DNA from: an uncultured Poribacteria bacterium | GTDB lineage: Bacteria; Poribacteria; WGA-4E; WGA-3G | DNA: 64,000 nt | Direction of reading: 5' to 3' | Assembly (NCBI GenBank): GCA_951813565.1 | Contig: OX638351.1 | Coordinates: forward strand, 1,248,001 to 1,312,000 | Shown here: piece after piece, positions 10,815 through 21,278 of the stretch | How positions within the stretch are numbered: position 1 is the first letter of the stretch | Layout of the letters: each line of letters begins with the position of its first letter | Notes under the pieces: model-generated | Database searches by the model: none | The model's input: the letters and a program-made list of their open reading frames with translations, nothing else | What the model was told of the DNA's origin: nothing | Position numbers and translations under genes: made by a program

Positions 10815-10846
10815 AAAAATATAGGCGCGCTGTGTATGCGCGCCTT
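10815..10846 (-). terminator. Probable intrinsic terminator downstream of the ECF gene
   Basis: aggcgcgc/gcgcgcct stem followed by a T-rich tract on the minus strand. Confidence 0.5.
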
Positions 10847-10971
10847 AGATCAATCTGATTAGCCAACATTAATTGTTGAAAAGCAATGTCAACAGAAAAC
10901 AATATTCAGATGTTATAAGGAACTTCAATAGATTTTCGTACGGGTAGATACCTTGATTCTGATTGTCGTTT

Positions 10972-12756
10972 TTAACGATCCTCTGCTGTAATTGGAATAT
11001 TAAAGACAGCCTTATGTACTTGCATTTGTATCTTTCTATATGATTGTTGTGTTTCTGGATTATAACTTAATTCCCACGTAGCGATTTTCGGAAACCAAAT
11101 ACCCGGTTCAAACTGTTCAAGTTGATATGTATAAATGTCAAAATGCTCTACTTCTTCAGGCGGATTTGGTATTATAACTCCAGATGAAAGTTTCAACACT
11201 GTTTTTTGGACGGACTTTTGAGACATAAAAATACGAATTATACGATAGCCTTTTTGTGGGTCTATCCAAATTTGATTTGTCCGTGTTACGTCGGGATCAA
11301 TACGACGTAAAGTAAGAAAGTAGAGGGGAATTCCATCCTCTTCCAAAAGTTGAACATCTATAGGTTCTAAAAAACTGGTTAGGAATTGGAAGTCAAACCT
11401 CCAAGGGTGCCATCCCCACCAGCGGGGATCAAACATTCCCTCAAAATCAGATAATTTTGCCGGGTACTGCACCCAGCCGGTTTCGTTTTTTTCTCGTATA
11501 TTCAGTTTTCTACCTTCAAGCTGAAATTGGTGATGGATTTCTTGCCAATTGGGAAGCATTTTCCCGTTGAGTTCCTGCTTTTTTCGTGCCTTAACATCAT
11601 AAAAATGTTGTCGCCCTTCAAAGTTGTAAGTGATTTGCCAGATTCCTGTGTCTTCATACTGGACATTCTTCGGTTTAGGTTTCCGTTCCTTGAACCAATT
11701 TCTATTTCCCTCGCTTAATGTGATCGAAAATTCCATCTTCCCGCTTTTCAGTTTTGCGTCATAAGCCTCAATCTCTTTTCTAAGATGTTCCAATAGTTTA
11801 GCAGCTTCTTTGGAAAGAAGAAGGCCGGTCTTTAATTCCATTGCAGGATTAATTAAATCATCTTCCTTCTTACCTGCCCCGTTATCTTTACCTGCTCCAT
11901 CTAATCGTCCTAACTGATTTCGCAAATCAGGTTTTAACTGGGTCTCAAAAATTTCGGATGAGTCAACTATTTCAATTGTAGGATCCAATTGTGCCTGAAA
12001 ACTATACGGTTTTTGGAAACGATATAGGTGTTGTGCCCCTGCACCTATCAGTAGAAAAACCAAAATAGCAGAAGCACCGGATACTACCCAGGGTAAAAAC
12101 GGTTTACTTGTAGATGGTGCTACTGGCTTGAGGTGTGATATTTCGTTCATAATATTTTCTGCCAATTGTTTCGGCACTTGGAAACTACTTAGATTTTCTT
12201 TAATTATTGCTTCTTCCTTCCTCAATCGGTTGCGTGCGCGGTGCAGTCGGATTTTAACCGTGTTCGTTGAAACACCAAGAAACCGACCAATCTCTTCACA
12301 GGTCAACCCAGAGAGATAGTGTAGTGTAATCACTGTCCGATCACTCTCTCGGAGTTTGCTAAGCAGTTTTTGAACCATTGCACGCCGCTTTTCGTTTGCT
12401 GCCTCTTCACGCTGCCGGGACTCATAATCCAAATAACATGCCTCTTCCAATTCCATTGGGTCTGTCCCTTCTAAAGATTGTGGTTGCGGCTTTTTCTTTC
12501 GGTACCACGTGATACACTTACGATTCGCGATGACGTAAAGCCACCCTGAAAATCGGTTGGGATGTTTGAGGGTCGCGAGTTTTTGATACGCAGAGATGAA
12601 TACGTCTTGGGTAATTTCTTGTGCGATGTGAAAATCACCGATCTTTTGCCATACCAGTGTGTGTATCTGATCTTGGTATTTTTCCACAAGCAACGCAAAA
12701 GCGTGCTGATCACCTTCAAGTGTACGTTCTATCAGGTCAGCATCATTATGCTTCAT
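10972..12756 (-). CDS. ECF sigma-70 factor fused via a TM helix to an unknown extracytoplasmic (LolA-like?) domain
   Basis: AQEITQDVF, FSGWLYVIA (region 2); EEIGRFLGVSTNTVKIRLHRAR (region 4); TM LPWVVSGASAILVFLLIG. Confidence 0.9.
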   Translation of the reverse strand: MKHNDADLIERTLEGDQHAFALLVEKYQDQIHTLVWQKIGDFHIAQEITQDVFISAYQKLATLKHPNRFSGWLYVIANRKCITWYRKKKPQPQSLEGTDPMELEEACYLDYESRQREEAANEKRRAMVQKLLSKLRESDRTVITLHYLSGLTCEEIGRFLGVSTNTVKIRLHRARNRLRKEEAIIKENLSSFQVPKQLAENIMNEISHLKPVAPSTSKPFLPWVVSGASAILVFLLIGAGAQHLYRFQKPYSFQAQLDPTIEIVDSSEIFETQLKPDLRNQLGRLDGAGKDNGAGKKEDDLINPAMELKTGLLLSKEAAKLLEHLRKEIEAYDAKLKSGKMEFSITLSEGNRNWFKERKPKPKNVQYEDTGIWQITYNFEGRQHFYDVKARKKQELNGKMLPNWQEIHHQFQLEGRKLNIREKNETGWVQYPAKLSDFEGMFDPRWWGWHPWRFDFQFLTSFLEPIDVQLLEEDGIPLYFLTLRRIDPDVTRTNQIWIDPQKGYRIIRIFMSQKSVQKTVLKLSSGVIIPNPPEEVEHFDIYTYQLEQFEPGIWFPKIATWELSYNPETQQSYRKIQMQVHKAVFNIPITAEDR

Positions 12757-12849
12757 GAAACACCTCACAAATAGAGATAATCTTTTAACGTGAGTTTGAT
12801 AATTAGATTGAATATAGATGTCCGTTGGGTAGAGCGAAGCGAAACCCAT

Positions 12850-13014
12850 AAATCAACGCTATGAATGCCTTTTGGCGGAATACGCTTTTGGTATTCCGCA
12901 TGATTCAGCCAAATCAACGCAGCATGCGCCAAATCAACGGTCCGAATGCCCTTTGGCATTCCCCGTATGGCATGCTGCCAAATCAACGCCAAATGCGCTT
13001 TTTGGCATTTGGCG
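12850..13014 (+). repeat. Cluster of nested AAATCAAC-hairpin micro-elements
   Basis: AAATCAAC at 12850, 12911, 12931 and 12980, each followed by an inverted-repeat stem. Confidence 0.75.
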
Positions 13015-13354
13015 GGTGTCAATTTAAGGATTTATTTCAGGTTTCACACATTTTAACCAAAACAACACCGCAACCCCGATTGTAGGGGCGGGTCTCTGTG
13101 CCCGCCCGTTGTTTAAATACATCAAATATGACGGGGCACCAAATCAAGAAATCAACGGTATGAATGCCTTATGGCATTCCCCAGAGACCCCTACAATAAG
13201 AGTTGAGAAGATTGTAAACAAAACTTTACACACCCAACCCATAAGTAATTTTACTACAATCAAATTACAAGGTTTATACAAAATTTCATTGCAGAAATTC
13301 TCATTGAATGAAGAGAAAACCGAAAACACTCTTTTGTGAGATATCAGGTCAGAA

Positions 13355-14041
13355 TTACCGGATATTCTTGATTTGTGCCCATTGCGTTGTTAATTTGCCA
13401 GCGGGTTCAATTGGGAAAAAAATGTCATCAATTTCGGCTAATTCATAGTCGCCGCCTACGCCGAAGTGCATACCCCATCCACCACCACGTTCACTGACCT
13501 TTATCATGATCAAATTATTTCCTTTTTTTAGATCAACCTTTAAATGATCTTGGAAGGTGTCTTCTTTGCCGAGACTCCGGTTCTCCGCATGGGTATGAAC
13601 AACTTCGCCATTAACCCAAACCTTAACTGTGTCATCACTACTGACACCCATCGCTACGTTTTCTTGCGCTCTTTTCGTTTTGAGGACAATTAGCGCATAA
13701 GACGTTATATGATCTAACTCACCAGCCTCAAAACCTATGTTATTAACGAGAGCATTAATATCTCCGTTATTGGTAAGTGTGCCAGGTGTCCACTCATAAT
13801 TACCAACTTCGTAGCCTTCTCTTGCACCGTGTTTGGCGATTTTCTCTTCGGTGACTTTGCCGTTGCTGGCTTCATCAAGTGAATCAACATAGGTAGAATT
13901 TGCACCACCTTGTCCACCTACAGTTTTAGCAATCATCCAGAGATACGGACCAAGAATTTTTTCTTGAGCATCAGCGGTCAACGTTGTCACCGTAAGACTC
14001 ATCAGAAAAGCCAATCCTATTATACACAATTTTCTGAACAT
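13355..14041 (-). CDS. Secreted PA14-like beta-sandwich protein with C-terminal WAQIK tag
   Basis: Signal peptide after ggagg RBS; SSDDTVKVWVNG, LKKGNNLIMIKV; ends KLTTQWAQIKNIR. Confidence 0.75.
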   Translation of the reverse strand: MFRKLCIIGLAFLMSLTVTTLTADAQEKILGPYLWMIAKTVGGQGGANSTYVDSLDEASNGKVTEEKIAKHGAREGYEVGNYEWTPGTLTNNGDINALVNNIGFEAGELDHITSYALIVLKTKRAQENVAMGVSSDDTVKVWVNGEVVHTHAENRSLGKEDTFQDHLKVDLKKGNNLIMIKVSERGGGWGMHFGVGGDYELAEIDDIFFPIEPAGKLTTQWAQIKNIR

Positions 14042-14243
14042 TATATACAACCTCCTAAAATCAATACCTTCGCCAATTTTTTGAGTTGATTTGAATGGAT
14101 AGGTAATGAATTCACCCATAGGTGTCAACTTATGGATTTATTTCAAGTTTTACGCAATTTAGCAAGCCTAACACCCAATGCAGCTGGACGCAAACATAAT
14201 CCTGTAGAAATGGTATTTTCTACATTGTGAACCGTGATTATCT

Positions 14244-15230
14244 TCATTGCTTCATACGTTCAGCTTGTTTCAACCGACCCCAGAGGGTCGTCTGGGTGTC
14301 CACAGTCGGAGAAACGGAGAAAAAACTTTCGCGAACCCATGCGGGAGAATAATTATACCCAGGATGTTGTGTGATTTGCCGTGGCTCGCCTCCCTCGACA
14401 GAAACGAAAAAAATGTGTCGCTCCGCATTCGGGGTTCCCACAGGATCCACTCCTGCATCATAGGCATCGTAGGCAATCCACTTACCATCAGGGGACCACG
14501 CAGGATTGAAGCTCCAAGTCCCAAAAGGCGAGATGCGGCGGGCGTTTTGTCCATCTGTATCCATGATGTAGATACCATCCCCATCATTAGCGCTAACACA
14601 AGCAATCTGTTTTCCATCAGGCGACCAAGCAGGAACCCGAGGAAATGGTGCGCCTGGGTTTTTTATCTCTCTGAGATTTTTTCCATCTGCGTCCATCACA
14701 TAGAGACGACCGATAGAACCGAAAGCAATTGATTGCCCATCTGGAGACCAAGTTATGTCAAAGGTAAAATGTCCTTGGTTAGTAAGCCTCTGTAGATTCT
14801 CGCCGTTGATATCAATTTTGTAGATATCATATAGCACGTTTCTCGGGGATACAAAAGCGATCCAATTTCCATCAGGTGACCAGGCAGGAGAAAAAGCTGA
14901 CCAGACAGGATCAAAATCGTCCTCCGGATCGTTTGTCAACCGACGCGCCTCAGCTTCATTGAATGTCTTAATATAGATTTCGGAATTTCCATCACGGTTC
15001 GACGCAAAAGCAAAAGAACGCCCATCTGGTGCCCACGTTGCGCCCCAGTCCTGTGCGGGGTGGTTTGTTAGGTTGCGTAGATTCTTGCCGTTTGTATCAA
15101 CAATGTAGATGTCAGTTTGCCCTGTCCGGTTAGAATTGAAAGAAATATACGGAGCTCCCCAAGTGTTTACGGCAAGCAGAAAAAGACTGAACAGGAATGT
15201 CATTCCAAACAATATATAGGTGCGTTTCAT
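14244..15230 (-). CDS. Secreted TolB/PD40 beta-propeller, copy 1
   Basis: Repeated PAWSPDG blades; signal peptide MKRTYIL; in frame with an upstream 85-codon fragment ORF (to 15485). Confidence 0.9.
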   Translation of the reverse strand: MKRTYILFGMTFLFSLFLLAVNTWGAPYISFNSNRTGQTDIYIVDTNGKNLRNLTNHPAQDWGATWAPDGRSFAFASNRDGNSEIYIKTFNEAEARRLTNDPEDDFDPVWSAFSPAWSPDGNWIAFVSPRNVLYDIYKIDINGENLQRLTNQGHFTFDITWSPDGQSIAFGSIGRLYVMDADGKNLREIKNPGAPFPRVPAWSPDGKQIACVSANDGDGIYIMDTDGQNARRISPFGTWSFNPAWSPDGKWIAYDAYDAGVDPVGTPNAERHIFFVSVEGGEPRQITQHPGYNYSPAWVRESFFSVSPTVDTQTTLWGRLKQAERMKQ

Positions 15231-15534
15231 TTGTTTATCTCCTGGATAATCATTTAGGCTTGAAGACCTGAAGTCACTTATAAATCCTTTCGGGTGGGTT
15301 GTGTGCACCCGAATTTCGCTTTTCAAGATACCAGTGGGTAAAATAGGTGGTAATGTTAAATGCACTTCATATCCATTTCGATCTTTTAATGGTTTTACCT
15401 GAGCAGTGCCAACATCAGCTTCAACCTTTGTAATATGAAAGACTGTGCCGCTCATGTTGTTAAGTACCACCAACATAGCTAACAACTTTTTTACATGATC
15501 ATGGTATTTTCTACATGGTGAACCGTGATTATCT

Positions 15535-16554
15535 TTATTGCGTCATACGTTCAGCTTGTTTCAACCGACCCCAGAGGGTCGTCTGGGTGTCCACAGTCGG
15601 AGAAACGGAGAAAAAACTTTCGGGAACCCAGGCGGGAGACTCATGTTGCCCAGGATGTTGTGTGATTTGCCGTGGCTCACCCCCCTCGACAGAAACGATA
15701 AAAATGTGTCGCTCCGCATTCGGGTTGTCCGGAGGATGCGCAATTTCTCCATCGTAGGCATCGTAGGCAATCCACTTACCATCAGGAGACCACGCAGGAT
15801 TGCGGCTCCAAGTCCCAAGAGGTGAAATGCGGCGGGCGTTTTGTCCATCTGCATCCATATCCATGATGTAGATATTATTTCCATCATTAACAACGACAGA
15901 ACAAGCCATCTGTTTTCCATCAGGCGACCAAGCAGGATCGAAAGAAAGTCTGCTGACTCCATTTACCCAGACTATTATCTTTCTGTGATGTTTTCCATCT
16001 GCGTCCATCACATAGATACTGCTGCCAGAACTAAAAGCAATTGATTGCCCATCTGAAGACCAGGCTGGGGCAAGGTTGTATTTTCCTTGGTTAGTCAGTC
16101 TCTGTAGATTCTTGCCGTTGATATCTATTTTGTAGATATGATATCCCTCTGTTCTCTCGGCTACAAAAGCGATCCAATTTCCATCAGGTGACCAGGCAGG
16201 AGCAAAAGTTGACCTGAAAGGATCAAAATCGTCCTCCAGATGGTTTGTTAACCGACGCGCCTGAGCTTCATTGAATTTCTTAATATAGATTTCTGAATTT
16301 CCATCACGGTTCGACGTAAAAGCAAAAGAACGCCCATCTGGTGACCACGTTGCGCCAGTGTCATGTGCGGGGTGGTTTGTTAGGTTGCGTAGATTCTTGC
16401 CGTTTGTATCAATGATGTCGGTGCCGATGTAGATGCCAGCTTCCCCTATCTTGGTAGAAGCGAAAGAAATATACGGAGCTCCCCAAGTGTCTACAGCAAG
16501 CAGAAAAAGACTGAACAGGAATGTCATCCCAAACAACATATAGAGGCGTTTCAT
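15535..16554 (-). CDS. Secreted TolB/PD40 beta-propeller, copy 2
   Basis: PD40 repeats; ends QTTLWGRLKQ. Confidence 0.9.
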   Translation of the reverse strand: MKRLYMLFGMTFLFSLFLLAVDTWGAPYISFASTKIGEAGIYIGTDIIDTNGKNLRNLTNHPAHDTGATWSPDGRSFAFTSNRDGNSEIYIKKFNEAQARRLTNHLEDDFDPFRSTFAPAWSPDGNWIAFVAERTEGYHIYKIDINGKNLQRLTNQGKYNLAPAWSSDGQSIAFSSGSSIYVMDADGKHHRKIIVWVNGVSRLSFDPAWSPDGKQMACSVVVNDGNNIYIMDMDADGQNARRISPLGTWSRNPAWSPDGKWIAYDAYDGEIAHPPDNPNAERHIFIVSVEGGEPRQITQHPGQHESPAWVPESFFSVSPTVDTQTTLWGRLKQAERMTQ

Positions 16555-16808
16555 TTTTTTTCTCCCGGAAAATCACTTAGGTTGGGATGCCTGAAGTTAC
16601 TTATAAATCCTTTCGGGTGGGTTGTGTGCACCCGAATTTCGCTTTTCAAGATACCAGTGGGTAAAATAGGTGGTAATGTTAAATGCACTTCATATCCATT
16701 TCGATCTTTTAATGGTTTTACCTGAGCAGTGCCAACATCAGCTTCAACCTTTGTAATATGAAAGACTGTACCGCTCATGTTGTTAAGTACCACCAACATA
16801 GCTAACAA
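16551..16808 (-). pseudogene. Duplicated 3' fragment of the C39-DUF1573 gene (also at 15231-15485 and 22308-22562)
   Basis: Near-identical to the last ~80 codons of 17862-19337. Confidence 0.8.
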
Positions 16809-16857
16809 CTTTTTTACATGATCATGGTATTTTCTACATGGTGAACCGTGATTATCT

Positions 16858-17865
16858 TTATTGCGTCATACGTTCAGCTTGTTTCAACCGACCCCAGAGG
16901 GTCGTCTGGGTGTCCACAGTCGGAGAAACGGAGAAAAAACTTTCGGGAACCCAGGCGGGAGACTCATGTTGCCCAGGATGTTGTGTGATTTGCCGTGGCT
17001 CACCCCCCTCGACAGAAACGATAAAAATGTGTCGCTCCGCATTCGGGTTGTCCGGAGGATGCGCAATTTCTCCATCGTAGGCATCGTAGGCAATCCACTT
17101 ACCATCAGGAGACCACGCAGGATTGCGGCTCCAAGTCCCAAGAGGTGAAATGCGGCGGGCGTTTTGTCCATCTGCATCCATATCCATGATGTAGATATTA
17201 TTTCCATCATTAACAACGGCAGAACAAGCCATCTGTTTTCCATCAGGCGACCAAGCAGGATCGAAAGAAAGTCTGCTGACTCCATTTACCCAGACTATTA
17301 TCTTTCTGTGATGTTTTCCATCTGCGTCCATCACATAGATACTGCTGCCAGAACTAAAAGCAATTGATTGCCCATCTGAAGACCAGGCTGGGGCAAGGTT
17401 GTATTTTCCTTGGTTAGTCAGTCTCTGTAGATTCTTGCCGTTGATATCTATTTTGTAGATATGATATCCCTCTGTTCTCTCGGCTACAAAAGCGATCCAA
17501 TTTCCATCAGGTGACCAGGCAGGAGCAAAAGTTGACCTGAAAGGATCAAAATCGTCCTCCAGATGGTTTGTTAACCGACGCGCCTGAGCTTCATTGAATT
17601 TCTTAATATAGATTTCTGAATTTCCATCACGGTTCGACGTAAAAGCAAAAGAACGCCCATCTGGTGACCACGTTGTGCCAGTGTCATGTGCGGGGTGGTT
17701 TGTTAGGTTGCGTAGATTCTTGCCGTTTGTATCAATGATGTAGATGTCATATTGCCCTGTATGGTTAGAATAGAAGGAGATATACGGAGCGCCCCAAGCG
17801 TTTACGGTAAGCAGAAAAAGACTGAACAGGAATGTCATCCCAAACAACATATAGGTGCGTTTCAT
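16858..17865 (-). CDS. Secreted TolB/PD40 beta-propeller, copy 3
   Basis: Almost identical to copy 2 except at the N-terminus. Confidence 0.9.
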   Translation of the reverse strand: MKRTYMLFGMTFLFSLFLLTVNAWGAPYISFYSNHTGQYDIYIIDTNGKNLRNLTNHPAHDTGTTWSPDGRSFAFTSNRDGNSEIYIKKFNEAQARRLTNHLEDDFDPFRSTFAPAWSPDGNWIAFVAERTEGYHIYKIDINGKNLQRLTNQGKYNLAPAWSSDGQSIAFSSGSSIYVMDADGKHHRKIIVWVNGVSRLSFDPAWSPDGKQMACSAVVNDGNNIYIMDMDADGQNARRISPLGTWSRNPAWSPDGKWIAYDAYDGEIAHPPDNPNAERHIFIVSVEGGEPRQITQHPGQHESPAWVPESFFSVSPTVDTQTTLWGRLKQAERMTQ

Positions 17866-19337
17866 TTTTTATCTCCTGGATAATCCCTTAGGCTTGGATA
17901 CTTGAAGTTACTTATAAATCCTTTCGGGTGGGTTGTGTGCACCCGAACTTTGCTCTTCAAGATACCAGCGGGTAAAATAGGTGGTAATGTTAAATGCACT
18001 TCATATCCATTTCGATCTTTTAATGGTTTTACCTGAGCAGTGCCAACATCAGCTTCAACCTTTGTAATATGAAAGACTGTGCCGTTCATGTTGTTAAGTA
18101 CCACCTTTTTTATATTTTCTTTTCCGGCGTTAATTCGCCCGAAGAAAAATCGGTTAGGTGTAAGTGTATACGTTTTATTCACTTTCCCTGAGATAGGTAG
18201 GGTGAGTGTCTTGGTTTCTCCTGTATTATCAACATACTGGACAGTGAGTGTTTCGTTTATCTTACCCATAGGCATTTGTTCAGTATCAAAATTAAGTTCA
18301 ATCGTTACGGCTTTCCAAGGAGCAATAACCTTACTACTGCGGAGAACTGGATGAATCCATGTCTGTGAACTTTTGATATCCCGGATCTTTGCAAAGGTCT
18401 CTCTAAGATTCTGAAGTTCAACAGTTCGTTTTATGTTAGATGCCCTTGTGCTTCGTTTTATGTTAGATGCCCCTGTGCTATTCAAGTAGATATTTTCAGG
18501 GATTAAGAGGACTGAGAACTCCCGCATAACACCCAATGATATAAAGAGATGTGGTCGCTGTGGTGCATCCGTCTGAACATGAATAGTAGTAAAAATAGAA
18601 CGGCTGACAGCATCCACATCCCAGTCAACATTAAAAACAGCCTTTTCACCTGCAGGAAGCACATTTGGAGGTCGTTTGATGATGGTGCATTGGCAATTAG
18701 ATTCAATATTTATGATTTTTACCGGGGTGATACTCCGGTTTTCTAATTGTATGGGAACTTCATACTTACGTTTTGTTGCTTTACCAAAATCAATTATCAA
18801 GGGAGAAATATGGATATTGGGTCGTCTCAGTCGTTGTTGTTTATCCGTCAGCACAAGTGCTCGACCAGTCCAAAGGTCAAGAAATCTATCTCTGGAAACA
18901 ACATTGGCTGTATGATACAAAGAATCTTTTGGGGTGTCGAAGATGCGCACCCACTTTTCGGAGGCATGTTCAACGACAATAAAGTGTCCTACTGTAAAAT
19001 TTGACTCCACTTGGTCTGTGTCCTCAAATGTTGTTTTGAGGTGTGCGATAATAGGTGTATCAAACGCTTGCAAATGTTTATATGTAAGTACAACCCCTTG
19101 CAATTCAATTCCAATATCTTTCGCACCAGCAATAAGTTCCACAAAATTCGTAACAACACGACTATTCCCATTTTTCTCCTTGAGGGCATCATCGGTATCC
19201 TCCAATTCCACCTCAATGCCTAAAATTTGAGCAAAATTGTAAAGACTCGCAGCACCGCATGTAGGTGGAGTATCCGCAGCTACAAAGGTAGGTATGAGCA
19301 TTAGAAATAATAACCAAATATAGACCAAATATTTCAT
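17862..19337 (-). CDS. Secreted peptidase C39-like domain plus DUF1573 (Ig-like) domains
   Basis: TCGAASL (Cys), GHFIVV (His), IFD (Asp), FLDLWTG; IDFG...SNCQCT. Confidence 0.75.
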   Translation of the reverse strand: MKYLVYIWLLFLMLIPTFVAADTPPTCGAASLYNFAQILGIEVELEDTDDALKEKNGNSRVVTNFVELIAGAKDIGIELQGVVLTYKHLQAFDTPIIAHLKTTFEDTDQVESNFTVGHFIVVEHASEKWVRIFDTPKDSLYHTANVVSRDRFLDLWTGRALVLTDKQQRLRRPNIHISPLIIDFGKATKRKYEVPIQLENRSITPVKIINIESNCQCTIIKRPPNVLPAGEKAVFNVDWDVDAVSRSIFTTIHVQTDAPQRPHLFISLGVMREFSVLLIPENIYLNSTGASNIKRSTRASNIKRTVELQNLRETFAKIRDIKSSQTWIHPVLRSSKVIAPWKAVTIELNFDTEQMPMGKINETLTVQYVDNTGETKTLTLPISGKVNKTYTLTPNRFFFGRINAGKENIKKVVLNNMNGTVFHITKVEADVGTAQVKPLKDRNGYEVHLTLPPILPAGILKSKVRVHTTHPKGFISNFKYPSLRDYPGDKK

Positions 19338-19456
19338 GGTTTCTCCTCTGTTTCAAAACTTTCCGTGCCTCTATCGAAAAGTCTGAGACGACTGATATCT
19401 ACTTCTTTACCGTATGTTAAACAGAAAGTCAAGTTTTTTGTTAAATCTTAGAATCC

Positions 19457-20164
19457 TTAGCGTTTAACATCTTCCTGTAATGGTACAATTACTGTGTCAC
19501 CTGTTTGCGTCCTAACTCTCAAACTTGAACGTCTTTTAAGAATTCCAAACAACCTTTTTTCATAGTAAGACAACTCCATTAAAGGAAACTCAATTTCTGC
19601 AAGTTCATTGTAAAAATTTCTGTCAATATATGTCAAGACACCATCCCAGCGGGCTATAAGATCATCATCATCTTTTTCTTCTTTCAAGATAAATTCCAAT
19701 ACACCGCTTGATTTTTCATATGGTGAATTCCTTGCACGAGCATGTGATGAGTATCCATTAAGATATACTATAGATCTAGGCAATTGCCACATCATGCCAT
19801 CAGTAAGTTCGTAATTTGGTATACCATGTTTTTCTACATAATTCTTAACAAAGTTTTTAGCATTTCTAGAAGGTTTTTGTGTCATGTAACCTGCTGACCT
19901 TAATTTGTTATCCCTAAAAGAATATACAAGAAAAACAGGAATTCCACCAATTTTAGATTTGTAAATAAGCTGATCTGGTTCTCGAAAGTACACTCTTTTA
20001 CCTTGCTCAAGTATCATTATACGTTCTTGTGTATAACCCCATTTAGCTTGACGAAAGTCATAATTACCTTGTGAATCTTCAGAAGCAATGTTGTAAAAGG
20101 TGCTGCATCCAGTGAAAAGAGTTGAAATAATAATCATTGCCAATAGGTTGCTATATCTTGCCAT
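19457..20164 (-). CDS. Hypothetical lipoprotein
   Basis: Lipobox LFTGC; DFRQAKWG; ggagg RBS. Confidence 0.7.
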   Translation of the reverse strand: MARYSNLLAMIIISTLFTGCSTFYNIASEDSQGNYDFRQAKWGYTQERIMILEQGKRVYFREPDQLIYKSKIGGIPVFLVYSFRDNKLRSAGYMTQKPSRNAKNFVKNYVEKHGIPNYELTDGMMWQLPRSIVYLNGYSSHARARNSPYEKSSGVLEFILKEEKDDDDLIARWDGVLTYIDRNFYNELAEIEFPLMELSYYEKRLFGILKRRSSLRVRTQTGDTVIVPLQEDVKR

Positions 20165-20192
20165 TGTTTATAATTCCTCCGCTAATTGGCTA

Positions 20193-21203
20193 ACGTGAGT
20201 TTGATAATTAAAAACTGGTAAATAGAGAACCCCTTTGTTATTATGAAGTATACCAAATACTCACAAAGGAGTTCTCTGATGGATATGATAACACTTTTCT
20301 GTGAAATTGACGACTTTCTTCTTTTGTATGAACAATATCGAGCACAACACCAGTTGCCGGAAATACTCGGCACAGGCAATACACGCGGCAGACCCAGGCG
20401 CCTTCATCCGAGCGAAGTCATGACGATACTGGTTCATTTTCATCAGAAGCGGTATAAAAACTTTAGAGCCTATTATCAGGATTATGTTTGCTGCGAGTTG
20501 CGTTGGGCATTTCCAAACCTTGTCAGTTATAGCCGTTTTGTGCAGCTCTCACAAGAGGTATTGGTGCCGTTGTCTATTCTTCTAAACACCCGTTTCGGTG
20601 AATGTCGCGGGATTTCCTTCATAGACTCAACGCCTCTCCCGGTCTGCCACAATCGTCGGATTTCAACGCATCGCGTCTTCGCTGATGATGCGGGGCGTTC
20701 TAAAACCTCTATGGGGTGGTTCTATGGTTTCAAACTCCATCTCGTCATCAACGACCAAGGTGAGCTTTTGTCAGCTATGGTAACAGCGGGAAACGTAGAT
20801 GACAGGAAACCCGTGCCACAGTTGTGTCAAGGGCTCTTTGGCAAAGTTTTTGCCGATAAAGGATACATCGCGAAAAACCTGCGGGAGAGGCTCCAAGAAG
20901 ACGGTGTGGCACTCATTTACAAGGTGCGTAAGAATATGAAACCTGAACCTTTGTCTCAGGCTGATGCAGCACTTTTACGAAAACGGATGCTCATTGAGTC
21001 GGTGAATAAAGAACTCAAAACTCAGACAGAAATACAACACACACGGCATAGAAGTCCTGTTAACTTTCAAGTGAACACAGTTGCTGCCTTGATCGCTTAT
21101 ACCTGTCTGACGAAGAAACCTTCACTCAAACACAAAGAACTCCAGGAAAATGACTATCAGTTGCCAATGATATGTAACTTCTAATTATTTATCAAACTCA
21201 CGT
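20193..21203 (+). mobile_element. IS982-family element (no TSD)
   Basis: TIRs acgtgagtttgataa / ttatcaaactcacgt; flanks ttggcta and taagtac do not match. Confidence 0.9.
20243..21184 (+). CDS. IS982-family transposase
   Basis: LFCEIDDF, SYSRFV, IDSTPLPVC, GWFYGFKLHL, ADKGY, RMLIESV, HTRHRS; true start may be the Met near 20279-20285. Confidence 0.92.
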   Translation: MKYTKYSQRSSLMDMITLFCEIDDFLLLYEQYRAQHQLPEILGTGNTRGRPRRLHPSEVMTILVHFHQKRYKNFRAYYQDYVCCELRWAFPNLVSYSRFVQLSQEVLVPLSILLNTRFGECRGISFIDSTPLPVCHNRRISTHRVFADDAGRSKTSMGWFYGFKLHLVINDQGELLSAMVTAGNVDDRKPVPQLCQGLFGKVFADKGYIAKNLRERLQEDGVALIYKVRKNMKPEPLSQADAALLRKRMLIESVNKELKTQTEIQHTRHRSPVNFQVNTVAALIAYTCLTKKPSLKHKELQENDYQLPMICNF

Positions 21204-21278
21204 TAAGTACCACCAACATAGCTAACAACTTTTTTACATGATCATGGTATTTTCTACATGGTGAAACCGTGATTATCT

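Noticed and set aside
12850..13014. CRISPR-like appearance of repeated AAATCAAC
   Set aside because: Repeat only 8-9 bp, irregular spacing, 'spacers' are nested hairpins, no cas genes
12765..13339. Short ORFs here and at 30518-31037, 47894-48079
   Set aside because: Translations of palindromic repeat DNA
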